Assembly (NCBI GenBank): GCA_964629685.1
Contig: CAZVTT010000002.1
Coordinates: forward strand, 120,039-184,038
Source: an uncultured Gammaproteobacteria bacterium
Lineage (GTDB): Bacteria; Patescibacteriota; Microgenomatia; UBA10105; UBA927
Length of the DNA: 64,000 bases
Reading direction: 5' to 3'
Positions 1 to 10,245 of this stretch are shown here, in pieces; position 1 is the stretch's first letter; each line of letters opens with the position of its first letter. The notes below the pieces were generated by a model, which saw only the letters and a list, made by a program, of their open reading frames with translations, was not told the DNA's origin and did not search any database. The position numbers were made by a program, and so were the translations under genes.

Positions 1-1
1 G

Positions 2-526
2 GGACCTGGATTCGCCGACAGAGTTTTGGAAATTGATATTCATGATGCATCACTCGTCATACTGGCGCCGGCGGTATTGGGTATTATTATCGGTTCACTC
101 TGGGTAGGTACGTACGGCTTGCGGTTTAACAGTAAGCGGATGATCAGTACCGGTGTATTTTCCGGAGGCGTATTCCTTATCCTTATTTCATTACTATTAC
201 GGGTTGACAATACTCCCGCATTAAGCTGGATATTTAATCAATCCGTTATAATACCGTTGGCGTTACTATTATTTTTCCTGTTGGGAGTTTCAAATAGTTT
301 TCTGGATGTACCCGCAAACAGCACCTTACAGCGGGAAGCAGACGGAAACATGCGCGGTAGGATATACGGTATACTCACGGCTGCGGTGGGAGGTATAGGA
401 GTGCTACCCGTAGTTGCCGGTGGAATATTGGCAGACGTTCTGGGCGTCGGAAGGGTTCTTTTTTTGCTCGGTGTTGTTATACTGATGTATGGAGTTTTAC
501 GGTTAAGAACATCCAAAAGAGTATAG
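2..526 (+). CDS. MFS transporter, C-terminal part (5' truncated by window)
   Basis: Frame open from window edge; multiple hydrophobic helices; MFS-like loop 'LQREADGNMRGRIYG'. Confidence 0.75.
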   Translation, partial: GPGFADRVLEIDIHDASLVILAPAVLGIIIGSLWVGTYGLRFNSKRMISTGVFSGGVFLILISLLLRVDNTPALSWIFNQSVIIPLALLLFFLLGVSNSFLDVPANSTLQREADGNMRGRIYGILTAAVGGIGVLPVVAGGILADVLGVGRVLFLLGVVILMYGVLRLRTSKRV

Positions 527-529
527 TAT

Positions 530-1387
530 ATGTTTCCTGTTTTATTATCGGTAGGACCATTAAATATATTTAGTTTTAGTATATTTCTCATCGTTGCGTG
601 GCTCACGTATTCATTTGTGTTTTGGCGGATGCTCCGGTCACAGGGCGTGGACGAAGAGAAGATTTTTGATTTAACCTTTTATAGTACTGTTGCAGGTCTG
701 ATATTTTCCCGGATCGGATTTGTCGTTCAGAACTTACAGTTATTCGATAATCTGTTAAAGGTCGCAGCCATATGGATTGTTCCGGGTTTATCCCTATATG
801 GCGGGTTCTTCGGTGCAGTAGCGGCGCTGGTATTATTCTGTCGCCGACATAAAGTAAGATTGGCGTATATCTTGGACGCGTTGGCCTTCGCACTTCCGTA
901 CGCGTTAATTTTCGGGGAAATAGGCTCCTTGTTGGATGGTACTGAAATAGGTTTACCGACATCCTTACCCTGGGGAATATCGTATATTGGGTTCTTGGAA
1001 AAAAGACATCCCGTGCAGCTCTATGAAATTATTGCACTCGTGCTCATTATCATTGTGCTGTCGCTCATGGCCAGACGTGCCAAAAAAAGGAATTGGGCGT
1101 ATGGAATTATCGGTGTCTGGTTTTTTCTTTTTTACAGTGCCGTAATGTTTTGTATTGAATCGTTTAAAGTCGGTAGTGTATACTTTGTGTCACTCTCAGT
1201 AAATCAGTGGATTATTATTGCAGTTTTTGCCGAATCGTTGGGTGCGCTCTATGTCAGAGGAGGGGGTAAACAACGTTTCGCTGCTATTGTTCGTTCGTTA
1301 CAAGGAGGATTATCTTATGCACGTCATCGATCCCGCACACATACAAACCATCCGGACAAAACTGGAGACGGACCTAAAGCGCCTTAA
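530..1387 (+). CDS. lgt: Prolipoprotein diacylglyceryl transferase family protein (divergent active site)
   Basis: MFPVL N-terminus, GLSLYGG, LPWG, RHPVQLYE motifs; ~7 TM; several catalytic residues substituted. Confidence 0.8.
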   Translation: MFPVLLSVGPLNIFSFSIFLIVAWLTYSFVFWRMLRSQGVDEEKIFDLTFYSTVAGLIFSRIGFVVQNLQLFDNLLKVAAIWIVPGLSLYGGFFGAVAALVLFCRRHKVRLAYILDALAFALPYALIFGEIGSLLDGTEIGLPTSLPWGISYIGFLEKRHPVQLYEIIALVLIIIVLSLMARRAKKRNWAYGIIGVWFFLFYSAVMFCIESFKVGSVYFVSLSVNQWIIIAVFAESLGALYVRGGGKQRFAAIVRSLQGGLSYARHRSRTHTNHPDKTGDGPKAP

Positions 1388-1685
1388 AGAACGGATTTCC
1401 GAACTTCGACTGCAGGACCCTTTCATGAATTCCGATAGAGTAAATGATAATGCCGATAATGGTACCGAAGCCAGTGAGGAATCAGATCATGACCGCGTCA
1501 CCGCTTTACTATCCGAATTGGAAGACCATGAGGCGTCCGTAACCGCTGCTTTGGCAGCAATAGAAGCAGGTACCTACGGAACCTGCAAATCGTGCCAGAA
1601 ACCAATAGAAATTGACCGACTGTTGGCTAATCCCACCACCATGCTTTGTCTGTCATGTGAACAAAAACGGGAACAGCATTCATGA
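1317..1685 (+). CDS. TraR/DksA C4-type zinc-finger protein
   Basis: AGGAGG at 1303-1308 before ATG 1317; coiled coil then GTYGTCKSC...RLLANPTTMLCLSC. Confidence 0.85.
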   Translation: MHVIDPAHIQTIRTKLETDLKRLKERISELRLQDPFMNSDRVNDNADNGTEASEESDHDRVTALLSELEDHEASVTAALAAIEAGTYGTCKSCQKPIEIDRLLANPTTMLCLSCEQKREQHS

Positions 1686-2431
1686 GTTTTGTTATCCTCT
1701 ACGAAGATACCGACGTTCTCGCGATAGATAAACCGCCGGGTGTGGTCGTGAATAATGCGGACTCCGTAAAAGTCCCGACTGTACAGGATTGGGCTGCCGA
1801 AACGTTAAAAATTAAGCCGGGTGAACAGACCAGCGAGGAAGACCGGGAGTTTTTTGAGCGGGCAGGTATAGTACACCGTATAGATAAGGAAACTTCCGGT
1901 ATATTACTCGTCGCTAAAAATCCGGCTGCGTTTCGTGAACTCCAGCGACAGTTTAAAGCCAGGGAAATAGAAAAAACATATTTGGCGGTGGCACACGGCA
2001 GGATTGTTCCTGAGAGCGGAGAAATTAACGCCCCCGTGGGCAGACTACCATGGAATAGGGAACGATTTGGTATTGTGCCGGACGGCAAAGAAGCTCAAAC
2101 ATTCTATCGGGTAATTGCGCATGTAGAGCGGATTGAAGACAAAGAATTATTGGCGATGTCACTGGTCGAATTAAAGCCAAAGACCGGAAGGACTCATCAA
2201 ATCCGCGTCCATCTGAAATATATAAATCACCCCATTGTCGGTGATTTTCTTTATGCCGGAAGGATTACCAGCCGGAATGACCGGGAATGGGCACCCCGGG
2301 TAATGTTACACGCCTGGAAGATTACTTTCGCGTCGCCGGCGGATAAGCATATGATATCTGTAACCGCTCCCATGCCTGGAGATATTGCAGAAGTTGTAGG
2401 AGACAGCAATAATAGAACCGGGGAATCTTAG
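1682..2431 (+). CDS. RluA-family pseudouridine synthase (no S4 domain)
   Basis: IDKPPG, HRIDKETSG (catalytic Asp), TGRTHQIRVH, HPIVGD. Confidence 0.93.
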   Translation: MSFVILYEDTDVLAIDKPPGVVVNNADSVKVPTVQDWAAETLKIKPGEQTSEEDREFFERAGIVHRIDKETSGILLVAKNPAAFRELQRQFKAREIEKTYLAVAHGRIVPESGEINAPVGRLPWNRERFGIVPDGKEAQTFYRVIAHVERIEDKELLAMSLVELKPKTGRTHQIRVHLKYINHPIVGDFLYAGRITSRNDREWAPRVMLHAWKITFASPADKHMISVTAPMPGDIAEVVGDSNNRTGES

Positions 2432-2455
2432 GTTCTGTGCCTGGTTTTAACTACC

Positions 2456-4168
2456 GTGGAGAGTATTCTCATTATTAATACGTTTGTTTTGGTTTTTTTG
2501 TCCGCAATTTTGGGCGGACTTCTGGCATATCGATTCCGTTTCCCGATGTTAATCGGATATATTGCAGCCGGAATGTTGTTCGGGAACGTATTTTTACGGT
2601 TTACCAACAGAGAATTGTTACAGATTGTTGCGGATGTGGGTGTAACCCTATTGTTGTTTACATTGGGGATAGAGTTCTCTTTTCACCGGCTGCGGCATGT
2701 GCTGAAAAATATAGGACCAGTGGCTATGCTGCAGGTGGTCGTTTCCATCATGGCATTCTCGGTTCTGTTCTTTCTGGCTGCGTTTAATTTCCCCCAGGCA
2801 CTCTTTTTGGCAACGGTGGCGTCCTTATCTTCAACTGCAGTAGCCGTAAAAATTCTTTCTGAAAAAGGGGAATTGGACTCCGTTCCCGGAGAAGTACTTA
2901 CGGGTTGGCTGATTGTGCAGGATCTGGCGGTTATTCCCATCATGGTTTTATTGCCCACCATTTCAGCAATAGGTGGTGCCACATGGTCTTGGATTATTCC
3001 ACTGCTCATGAGTTTAGCAAAGGCGGGAATATATATCGGAGCGATCATCGGCCTAGGCAGGTTTGGCGTGCCGCTGCTGCTAAATTGGATTGCGGCATTT
3101 AAAAGCCGGGAATTACTGCTGCTCACCACTGTGGGAGTAGTGTTTTTAGCGGCAGTTACCAGCTATGCCATGGGGCTTTCCGCAGGGTTGGGCGCATTTA
3201 TTGCCGGGCTACTTATCGCGGAAACCAGTCAGAATCATGCAATTTTTGCTGAAGTCAGACCGCTGCGGGATGTGTTTGCCGTAGTATTTTTTGTAACGTT
3301 AGGTATGACTATTCCGGCAGCTTTTTTTCTGAATCACGCGCTGATTTTGAGTTTAGCGGTGCTTACGGTACTCGGCATAAAGTTTATTGTGACTTATTTT
3401 TTAACCCGGAGCCGAAAATATCATCCCAAAACGTCATTTATCGTGGCGCTTGGTTTGCTACCGGTGAGCGAATTCGGTTTCTTAATTGCCAGAGAAGGTT
3501 TACAGCGCGGTATCCTGACTCAGGATGATTATTTTTTGGCCGTGGCGGTAACGTTTATTTCTTTGATTATCGGCGCACCGCTCTTAACAAACGGACAAAA
3601 TCTCTATTACCATTTATTCCGTACCGTACGGGAAAAGCTTCCGCACCTTTTTCCCGTCTCGCTTCCCAAAGTGTCAGATGATGCGGTAGCACCGCTGCAG
3701 GGGCACGTAGTTCTATTAGGATATGGTAGGGTCGGTAAGTACATCGGACGGGCATTGAGTCTCTCCGGTATTCCTTTTCTGGTAGTGGATTTTAATCACG
3801 CGACGGTAGCTAAGCTCATCCGTGAAGGGCAACAGGTTATTTATGGTGATCCTGCAGATACGGCAGTATTGGCGCATGCGAATATTCCATTAGCACGGGC
3901 GGTGGTAATTACCATTCCCGACCGGCATACCCAAGAGCTCGTAGTGACCAATGTATTGACGTTAAATCAACATATTTCCATTATCTGTCGTACTCATCAT
4001 GAAGAAGATCAGCGCCGTTTAAAGTCATTAGGCGTGACGACAATCGTTCAACCGGAATTTGAAGCGTCACTGTCGATTACGAACCGACTGCTAGCGGCCA
4101 GTGGATTGTCCGAATCAGAAATCCAGGGAAAAATCAGTCGTCTGAAAATTGAACACGGGTTGGGCTAA
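2456..4168 (+). CDS. CPA2 cation:proton antiporter with C-terminal TrkA-N (KefC/YbaL-like)
   Basis: LLLFTLGIEFS, SLSSTAVAVKIL, LIVQDL, GYGRVG, YGDP motifs. Confidence 0.9.
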   Translation: MESILIINTFVLVFLSAILGGLLAYRFRFPMLIGYIAAGMLFGNVFLRFTNRELLQIVADVGVTLLLFTLGIEFSFHRLRHVLKNIGPVAMLQVVVSIMAFSVLFFLAAFNFPQALFLATVASLSSTAVAVKILSEKGELDSVPGEVLTGWLIVQDLAVIPIMVLLPTISAIGGATWSWIIPLLMSLAKAGIYIGAIIGLGRFGVPLLLNWIAAFKSRELLLLTTVGVVFLAAVTSYAMGLSAGLGAFIAGLLIAETSQNHAIFAEVRPLRDVFAVVFFVTLGMTIPAAFFLNHALILSLAVLTVLGIKFIVTYFLTRSRKYHPKTSFIVALGLLPVSEFGFLIAREGLQRGILTQDDYFLAVAVTFISLIIGAPLLTNGQNLYYHLFRTVREKLPHLFPVSLPKVSDDAVAPLQGHVVLLGYGRVGKYIGRALSLSGIPFLVVDFNHATVAKLIREGQQVIYGDPADTAVLAHANIPLARAVVITIPDRHTQELVVTNVLTLNQHISIICRTHHEEDQRRLKSLGVTTIVQPEFEASLSITNRLLAASGLSESEIQGKISRLKIEHGLG

Positions 4169-5419
<1,251 letters not shown>

Positions 5420-5440
5420 GAACAGTGTGAAGGGAGGATC

Positions 5441-5590
5441 ATGGGATCATTTAGTGGATTTTACAAGGGCGAAAAGAAAAAAATGAAGAAAACGGAACTG
5501 GAGAAAAAAGCCCAAAAGCAATTGGGAAGTAGCGGCTCCTGGCAAATGCCTCAAGTGGAGATCATCAAAAAAGGGAAAAAAGAAGATTAA
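5441..5590 (+). CDS. Small Lys-rich hypothetical protein, 49 aa (not in ORF track)
   Basis: GGGAGG SD at 5432-5437; MGSFSGFYKGEKKKMKK...PQVEIIKKGKKED; fills the tgt-LCP gap, stop 2 nt before next ATG. Confidence 0.7.
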   Translation: MGSFSGFYKGEKKKMKKTELEKKAQKQLGSSGSWQMPQVEIIKKGKKED

Positions 5591-5592
5591 TA

Positions 5593-6564
5593 ATGAGACG
5601 AACTCAGCTGCCCCGTCAACCGCGGAAAAAGTGGTACCGTGTGGTGTTTCTCGCCGGTATTATTGTACTTATTCTTGCGTTGCTGTTCCGCTGGGTGGCT
5701 CCCCGCACTGCCGATTTACCATTACGTGCCAGTATCCTGATTTTGGATTCCGATATCTTTCGGGTTATTTCCTGGGATCGGACAAACAACAGGTACATCG
5801 TCGTTTCCATTCCCGTTACAACCACAGTCTCCGGTACCCGCGGATACGGTACGTACAGTCTGGAATCGCTCTGGAAATTGGATAGACTTGACCATCACAA
5901 AGGACAGCTGGTTAAGGAATCGGTGGAAGAAACACTCGGTATTCCGGTGCAATACTACATCGTTAGCCAGACGGGTGTTCCTGCTGCCACTTCTGCCATG
6001 GATACACTCAAGTCCATCCTATCGTATGGCAAATTATTTCAGGTAGCCAGAAAAGGGGTAGAAACAGATATTCCCGTTTCTGCTTTTTCGGCTTTCGTTT
6101 TTGCGGCACGCGATATATCGTTTGGAGATGTAAAAATGTTGGAAATTCCTAAAACCAGTGTGCTTGTACCGCAGAATCGTGCCGACGGTAGTGAGCAGAT
6201 AATATTTGATGTACAAAGATTTGACGCGATAATCGGTACCTTATTCGAGTTGCTGCCGATCCGTAATGAACGGTTAACGGTAACGGTTTCCAATACTACC
6301 GGTGTTCCCGCATTGGGAACACGCGCTTCGCGTCTGCTTAGTCATTTAGGAGTATTAGTAGTCTCCGTCGGCAACGAAACTCCTTTGCTCGACCAGTGTG
6401 AACTCCGAGGAAGAGAGGAAACCTTGCAGTCAGAAACGGCAAAACTTATACAGAGGACACTTCAATGTAAACCGGTAACGGTGCCACAAATGGGTACTAC
6501 CGATTTTGACGTAAGAGTGGGGAAGTCGTATCAACGGCGGTTTGAACCTGCCGAAACAAAATAA
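5593..6564 (+). CDS. LytR/CpsA/Psr-like membrane protein with LytR_C domain
   Basis: Single N-terminal TM; VVSIP, LGIPVQYY; C-terminal V-x-N-T-T-G-x-x-x-L-G...VRVG pattern. Confidence 0.7.
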   Translation: MRRTQLPRQPRKKWYRVVFLAGIIVLILALLFRWVAPRTADLPLRASILILDSDIFRVISWDRTNNRYIVVSIPVTTTVSGTRGYGTYSLESLWKLDRLDHHKGQLVKESVEETLGIPVQYYIVSQTGVPAATSAMDTLKSILSYGKLFQVARKGVETDIPVSAFSAFVFAARDISFGDVKMLEIPKTSVLVPQNRADGSEQIIFDVQRFDAIIGTLFELLPIRNERLTVTVSNTTGVPALGTRASRLLSHLGVLVVSVGNETPLLDQCELRGREETLQSETAKLIQRTLQCKPVTVPQMGTTDFDVRVGKSYQRRFEPAETK

Positions 6565-6565
6565 G

Positions 6566-7291
6566 TTATTCTTCCGTGTGTTCCGGTTCAGCGTCTTCCG
6601 TATCTTCACCTGTGGGGGTTGTGTCCGGTTTTTCTGTGTAGCTGTCTTCTGATCGTGCGTATGGACTGTATGAAGAAATGGTAATAAACGACGGTTGGTT
6701 GGCAAAGTGTTTTCCGCGGGCTACCTCCCGGAGAAAAACTATTAATGAATTCTTTCCTACCGATTTTACAAAAGCCCGATATTGATTGCCACCCTCGATA
6801 AATTTAATGAGTTTAAACGACAAATCGTCCGGTAATGCGCCTAAATATGTATTTTTTTCGTCACGCAATTCTACGCAGTGTTTTTTAGCTTTCAGAAATA
6901 CTTCTTCGCCGCTGTAGAGAGTAGCGATAACATTTCCCGGTGCTAAATTTATACAGCCTGCTATTTTCGTTCTGCCGGGTTCTTCCAAAAACATCATGGG
7001 GGATAGCGGTCCTGATCCGGAAGAGATAAGATCCTTTTGTTTTACCGTGGATAGCTTTTTTAGATTTTTCAGTGCAATTTGGTTATACTCGTCCAGTTCC
7101 AGAACCCGCTGATACGTTTTTTTTGCCTGACTGATTTGTCCTGAGCTCATGTAGGCAAAGCCGAGACGATTTAATGCGTCTATGCTGTTATTGTCCTGCT
7201 CAAGAAGTATGAGGTTAATCCTGATAGCTTCCGGCCAGTCTTGTTTTAATGCACATGCGATTGCGTCATCGCTGGATTGCTGAGCGCTCAT
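6566..7291 (-). CDS. Tetratricopeptide-repeat protein
   Basis: ALNRLGFAY...AKKTYQRVLELDEYNQIA TPR; acidic tail; start chosen at ATG 7291. Confidence 0.8.
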   Translation of the reverse strand: MSAQQSSDDAIACALKQDWPEAIRINLILLEQDNNSIDALNRLGFAYMSSGQISQAKKTYQRVLELDEYNQIALKNLKKLSTVKQKDLISSGSGPLSPMMFLEEPGRTKIAGCINLAPGNVIATLYSGEEVFLKAKKHCVELRDEKNTYLGALPDDLSFKLIKFIEGGNQYRAFVKSVGKNSLIVFLREVARGKHFANQPSFITISSYSPYARSEDSYTEKPDTTPTGEDTEDAEPEHTEE

Positions 7292-7418
7292 GACCAAAAA
7301 GTGTATCGTTTTCTTGAGAAAAGTCAAGAAGGGAAGTACAATAGGCGAGGAAGTAAAAATAGGATATCAGCACGTCATAAAGCCAAAAATATCCCAATTT
7401 GGAGTAAAGGAGAAATGT

Positions 7419-8141
7419 ATGTCAGGACACTCGAAATGGTCAAAAGTAAAACATCAGAAGGCAACAACCGATGTCGTAAAGGCTGCAGCATTTACGAAAG
7501 CCAGTCGTGGTATTACTTTAGCGGTCCGCGAGGGTGGTTTAGTTACTGACCCTACTATGAATTTTCGTTTGCGGCTGGCTATAGAGAAAGCCAAACAAGT
7601 AAACATGCCGAAAGAAAATATCGAGCGGGCCATTGCTAAAGCCCGCGGCGAAGGAAACGTAATTATTGAACAAATTATGTATGAAGGGTATGGTCCTCAT
7701 GGGGTTGCGTTTATGGTCGAAGCAGCGACGGATAACCGCCAGCGGACGGTTTCTGCAGTAAAAAATATATTTGATCGGCACGGTGGCACGATGGGTGGTG
7801 TGGGTGCAGTTGCATACCTGTTTAAGCGTGTCGGTATTATCGTCGTACCGAAAACATCCGAATTAACGTTTGATATGATAATGGAACGCGCTCTGACTGC
7901 AGGGGCAGACGATGTCATCGATAGGGAAGATGTGTTTGAAATTTTTACTGAGGTTAGCGCACTCATGAATGTAAAACAATCGTTAGAAATGCAGAATGTG
8001 GTAATCGACAACGCGGAAATAATTATGCATCCACTCACGCCGATGTCGGTTTCAGAAGATAACCAATCGGCAATAACAGCACTCGAGGATGCCCTGAGCG
8101 AGTTGGACGATATTCAAAGGGTGTATACAAATGCGCAATAA
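7419..8141 (+). CDS. yebC: YebC/PmpR family protein
   Basis: MSGHSKW, YEGYGPHG, TDNRQRT, DDIQRVYTN; AAGGAG SD. Confidence 0.95.
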   Translation: MSGHSKWSKVKHQKATTDVVKAAAFTKASRGITLAVREGGLVTDPTMNFRLRLAIEKAKQVNMPKENIERAIAKARGEGNVIIEQIMYEGYGPHGVAFMVEAATDNRQRTVSAVKNIFDRHGGTMGGVGAVAYLFKRVGIIVVPKTSELTFDMIMERALTAGADDVIDREDVFEIFTEVSALMNVKQSLEMQNVVIDNAEIIMHPLTPMSVSEDNQSAITALEDALSELDDIQRVYTNAQ

Positions 8142-8147
8142 TTAATT

Positions 8148-8990
8148 ATGGCTAATGGTTTTCAAATTACGCGGCCGATGCAAAAGCGTTTTCTGAAATT
8201 GGGAAAGCGGTTTTCATTAACAAAACGTCAACAATTTGTCACCGTAACCTTGTTGCTTACCATGGGGTTACTATTAACGCAGCTGGTGGCACATGAATTG
8301 CGGTATCCAATGGTAGCGTTTCTGTTCGGAATGTCGTTCTTTTTGTCGGCGTTTGCCATGAGGGATGGATTAAAGGGGATTGAGTGGATTACGTTGTTAA
8401 CCTTACCGGCTACGTTTACCGCTGCCATGGCATTGTTCTATTTTTTACTTCCGGTACGGTGGCTGACGCGGATACCGGTGGTGTTATTTTACGGTGTAGG
8501 AATGTATGCGCTGCTGCTTACGGAGAATATATACAACGTCGCAGCTGAACGCAGCATAGCACTATTACGTGCGGCTCATACCATAGGTTTTTTACTTACG
8601 CTGGTGACCTATTTTTTGCTGATTCAGACAATTCTGGCTTTTCGTTTTAACGCGTTTGTAAACGCAGGTATTATCGGTGTGTTAAGTATGGTGTTAATTT
8701 TTCAGGTGTTGTGGTCCATGGAGTTGTCGGAGAAGGTGAGTAGTAGACTTTGGACTATTGTAGCAAGCTTAACGCTTGTTTTTACCCAGATTTCCTGGGT
8801 ATTTTCGTTCTGGCCGGTTCAGCCTACCATCCAGGCTCTGTTTCTGACTACATGCTTTTATACCATTGTTGGTATGGCTCAGCAGTATCTTGTAGAACGG
8901 TTATACCGCAAAAACGTTATTGAATTCTTTGTTGTTACGCTCGTCGTATTTGTGTTGGTGATCTTCGCAACCAACTGGCGTGGAACATAA
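8148..8990 (+). CDS. Multi-pass membrane protein (resembles CPR DUF5656-type)
   Basis: ~9 TM helices; LLLTENIYNVAAERSIALLRAA segment; family name tentative. Confidence 0.7.
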   Translation: MANGFQITRPMQKRFLKLGKRFSLTKRQQFVTVTLLLTMGLLLTQLVAHELRYPMVAFLFGMSFFLSAFAMRDGLKGIEWITLLTLPATFTAAMALFYFLLPVRWLTRIPVVLFYGVGMYALLLTENIYNVAAERSIALLRAAHTIGFLLTLVTYFLLIQTILAFRFNAFVNAGIIGVLSMVLIFQVLWSMELSEKVSSRLWTIVASLTLVFTQISWVFSFWPVQPTIQALFLTTCFYTIVGMAQQYLVERLYRKNVIEFFVVTLVVFVLVIFATNWRGT

Positions 8991-9055
8991 AAAAAAGGCA
9001 TATTTGAGGCGGGGAAGAGGAATGGGTGATATAGTTTGATACAGTTACTTTTGTG

Positions 9056-9273
9056 GCCTATAGTAAGCCTATAGTAGATGTGGATAAAAGTTTTCACGAT
9101 ATATCCTATAGTTTTTTCACATAACGGTTTTTAGCCTCAATATTGTCTGTCTTGGTTCGCTGACGTACACTTGGTATAGTGGAGCAGAACGAGGTTAATA
9201 TTCACATGCAGACCGTTACTACGCTCTAAACCCCTACATAAGTACATACATTGGAAATTATACTTTAGCCACA
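9056..9273. promoter_or_regulatory. Cluster of DnaA boxes (candidate oriC element)
   Basis: TGTGGATAA 9079-9087 (perfect, minus strand), TTTTTCACA 9113-9121 (fits TTWTNCACA), one-mismatch ATATTCACA 9198-9206 and TTAGCCACA 9265-9273. Confidence 0.45.
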
Positions 9274-9624
9274 AAAATATATCTATAGAGCGTATTAATG
9301 CTCTAAATACGACATTTTCAGTCTGATTTGCTAGCTTAGCAGCGCGACTGCTAATTAACTACGCTCAGAAGTCTGTGTTGCCGGTTATTTTTTACCATTT
9401 CGGCACGGGATAGCGCATAGTACGTTAGGGTAAATATCTACTAACGGTACACACCTCCTCCACAATAAGGCTATATATTATGGTAACGTAAATAGCCTCA
9501 ATAATTATAAAATATCCCGCTATTATGCTCCAAATACGCATTAATTTATGACGGTGAAATGTGTTCATTTTATGCTACAAATAGCCTCAAAAAGTGCAAA
9601 ATGGATTGATATTAGGCTCCAAAT
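9132..9624 (+). repeat. Dispersed degenerate repeat TA(N)GCYHYAAW
   Basis: Copies at 9132, 9220, 9297, 9360, 9493, 9524, 9571, 9582, 9613; inverted copies at 9286 and 9001. Confidence 0.6.
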
Positions 9625-9870
9625 TAACTTACAAAAAAGAACCCGAAAGGCGGTTTACAGGGGTTCCGGTCTTCCCGGAGTAAGGGCATAAACCATCCGT
9701 TTTAATCACGCCGTATGGAGATGCCGGGTGATAGCACGTTTTTACAATTATTGGTGACAGTCGACTAAAACCGAGTGCCCTTATTCTCTCATCAAGTATG
9801 TACTCAATTTTTTGCTTATACGTTTCCGTAAAAAAATGAGTACCGGGTGGCTGGGGATAAAATGACTATA

Positions 9871-9898
9871 ATGTCGCACAATAATACTTTTGCGACGT
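9871..9898. other. Candidate dif-like Xer recombination site
   Basis: ATGTCGCACAA-TAATAC-TTTTGCGACGT: 11-6-11 inverted repeat, arms 9/11 identical; 1.4 kb from the xer gene. Confidence 0.6.
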
Positions 9899-10245
9899 GT
9901 CTAGCCTCGGATCGGGAGAGACCCAGGCTTTTGGACATACATCCCATTGTTATCATTTGTGTCGTTATAACGGTGTTTATTTTGTATTACGTACCATTCG
10001 TTATGCTGTTACTGCTGTTCATTTACCTGCCGCTTGAACACCAGTTTTTTACGGATCAGGCCCGACTGCATTTTTGTTACGGGTACTCAGCCGGTTTTCC
10101 GCTTTATTACCAAAAACGGTAAAAAATAGGTATATTTAAAGGCACTAAAGTAAATTAGATGACTATATATAGTGTACATGGGCTTTTCAGCCGTTTTAGG
10201 GGCATTACAGGGGCTTGTAGCCACACGGTATGGGGTTGGTTTTGC

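Noticed and set aside
9461-9488. Alternative dif candidate TATATA-TTATGGTAACG
   Set aside because: Right arm is XerD-like (8/11) but the left arm has no match or symmetry.
9001-9624. CRISPR array
   Set aside because: Repeats short, degenerate and irregularly spaced; no cas genes.
9847-10122. 91-aa hydrophobic ORF in the non-coding region
   Set aside because: No recognisable motif, hydrophobicity explained by T-richness, overlaps the dif-like site; not fully excluded.
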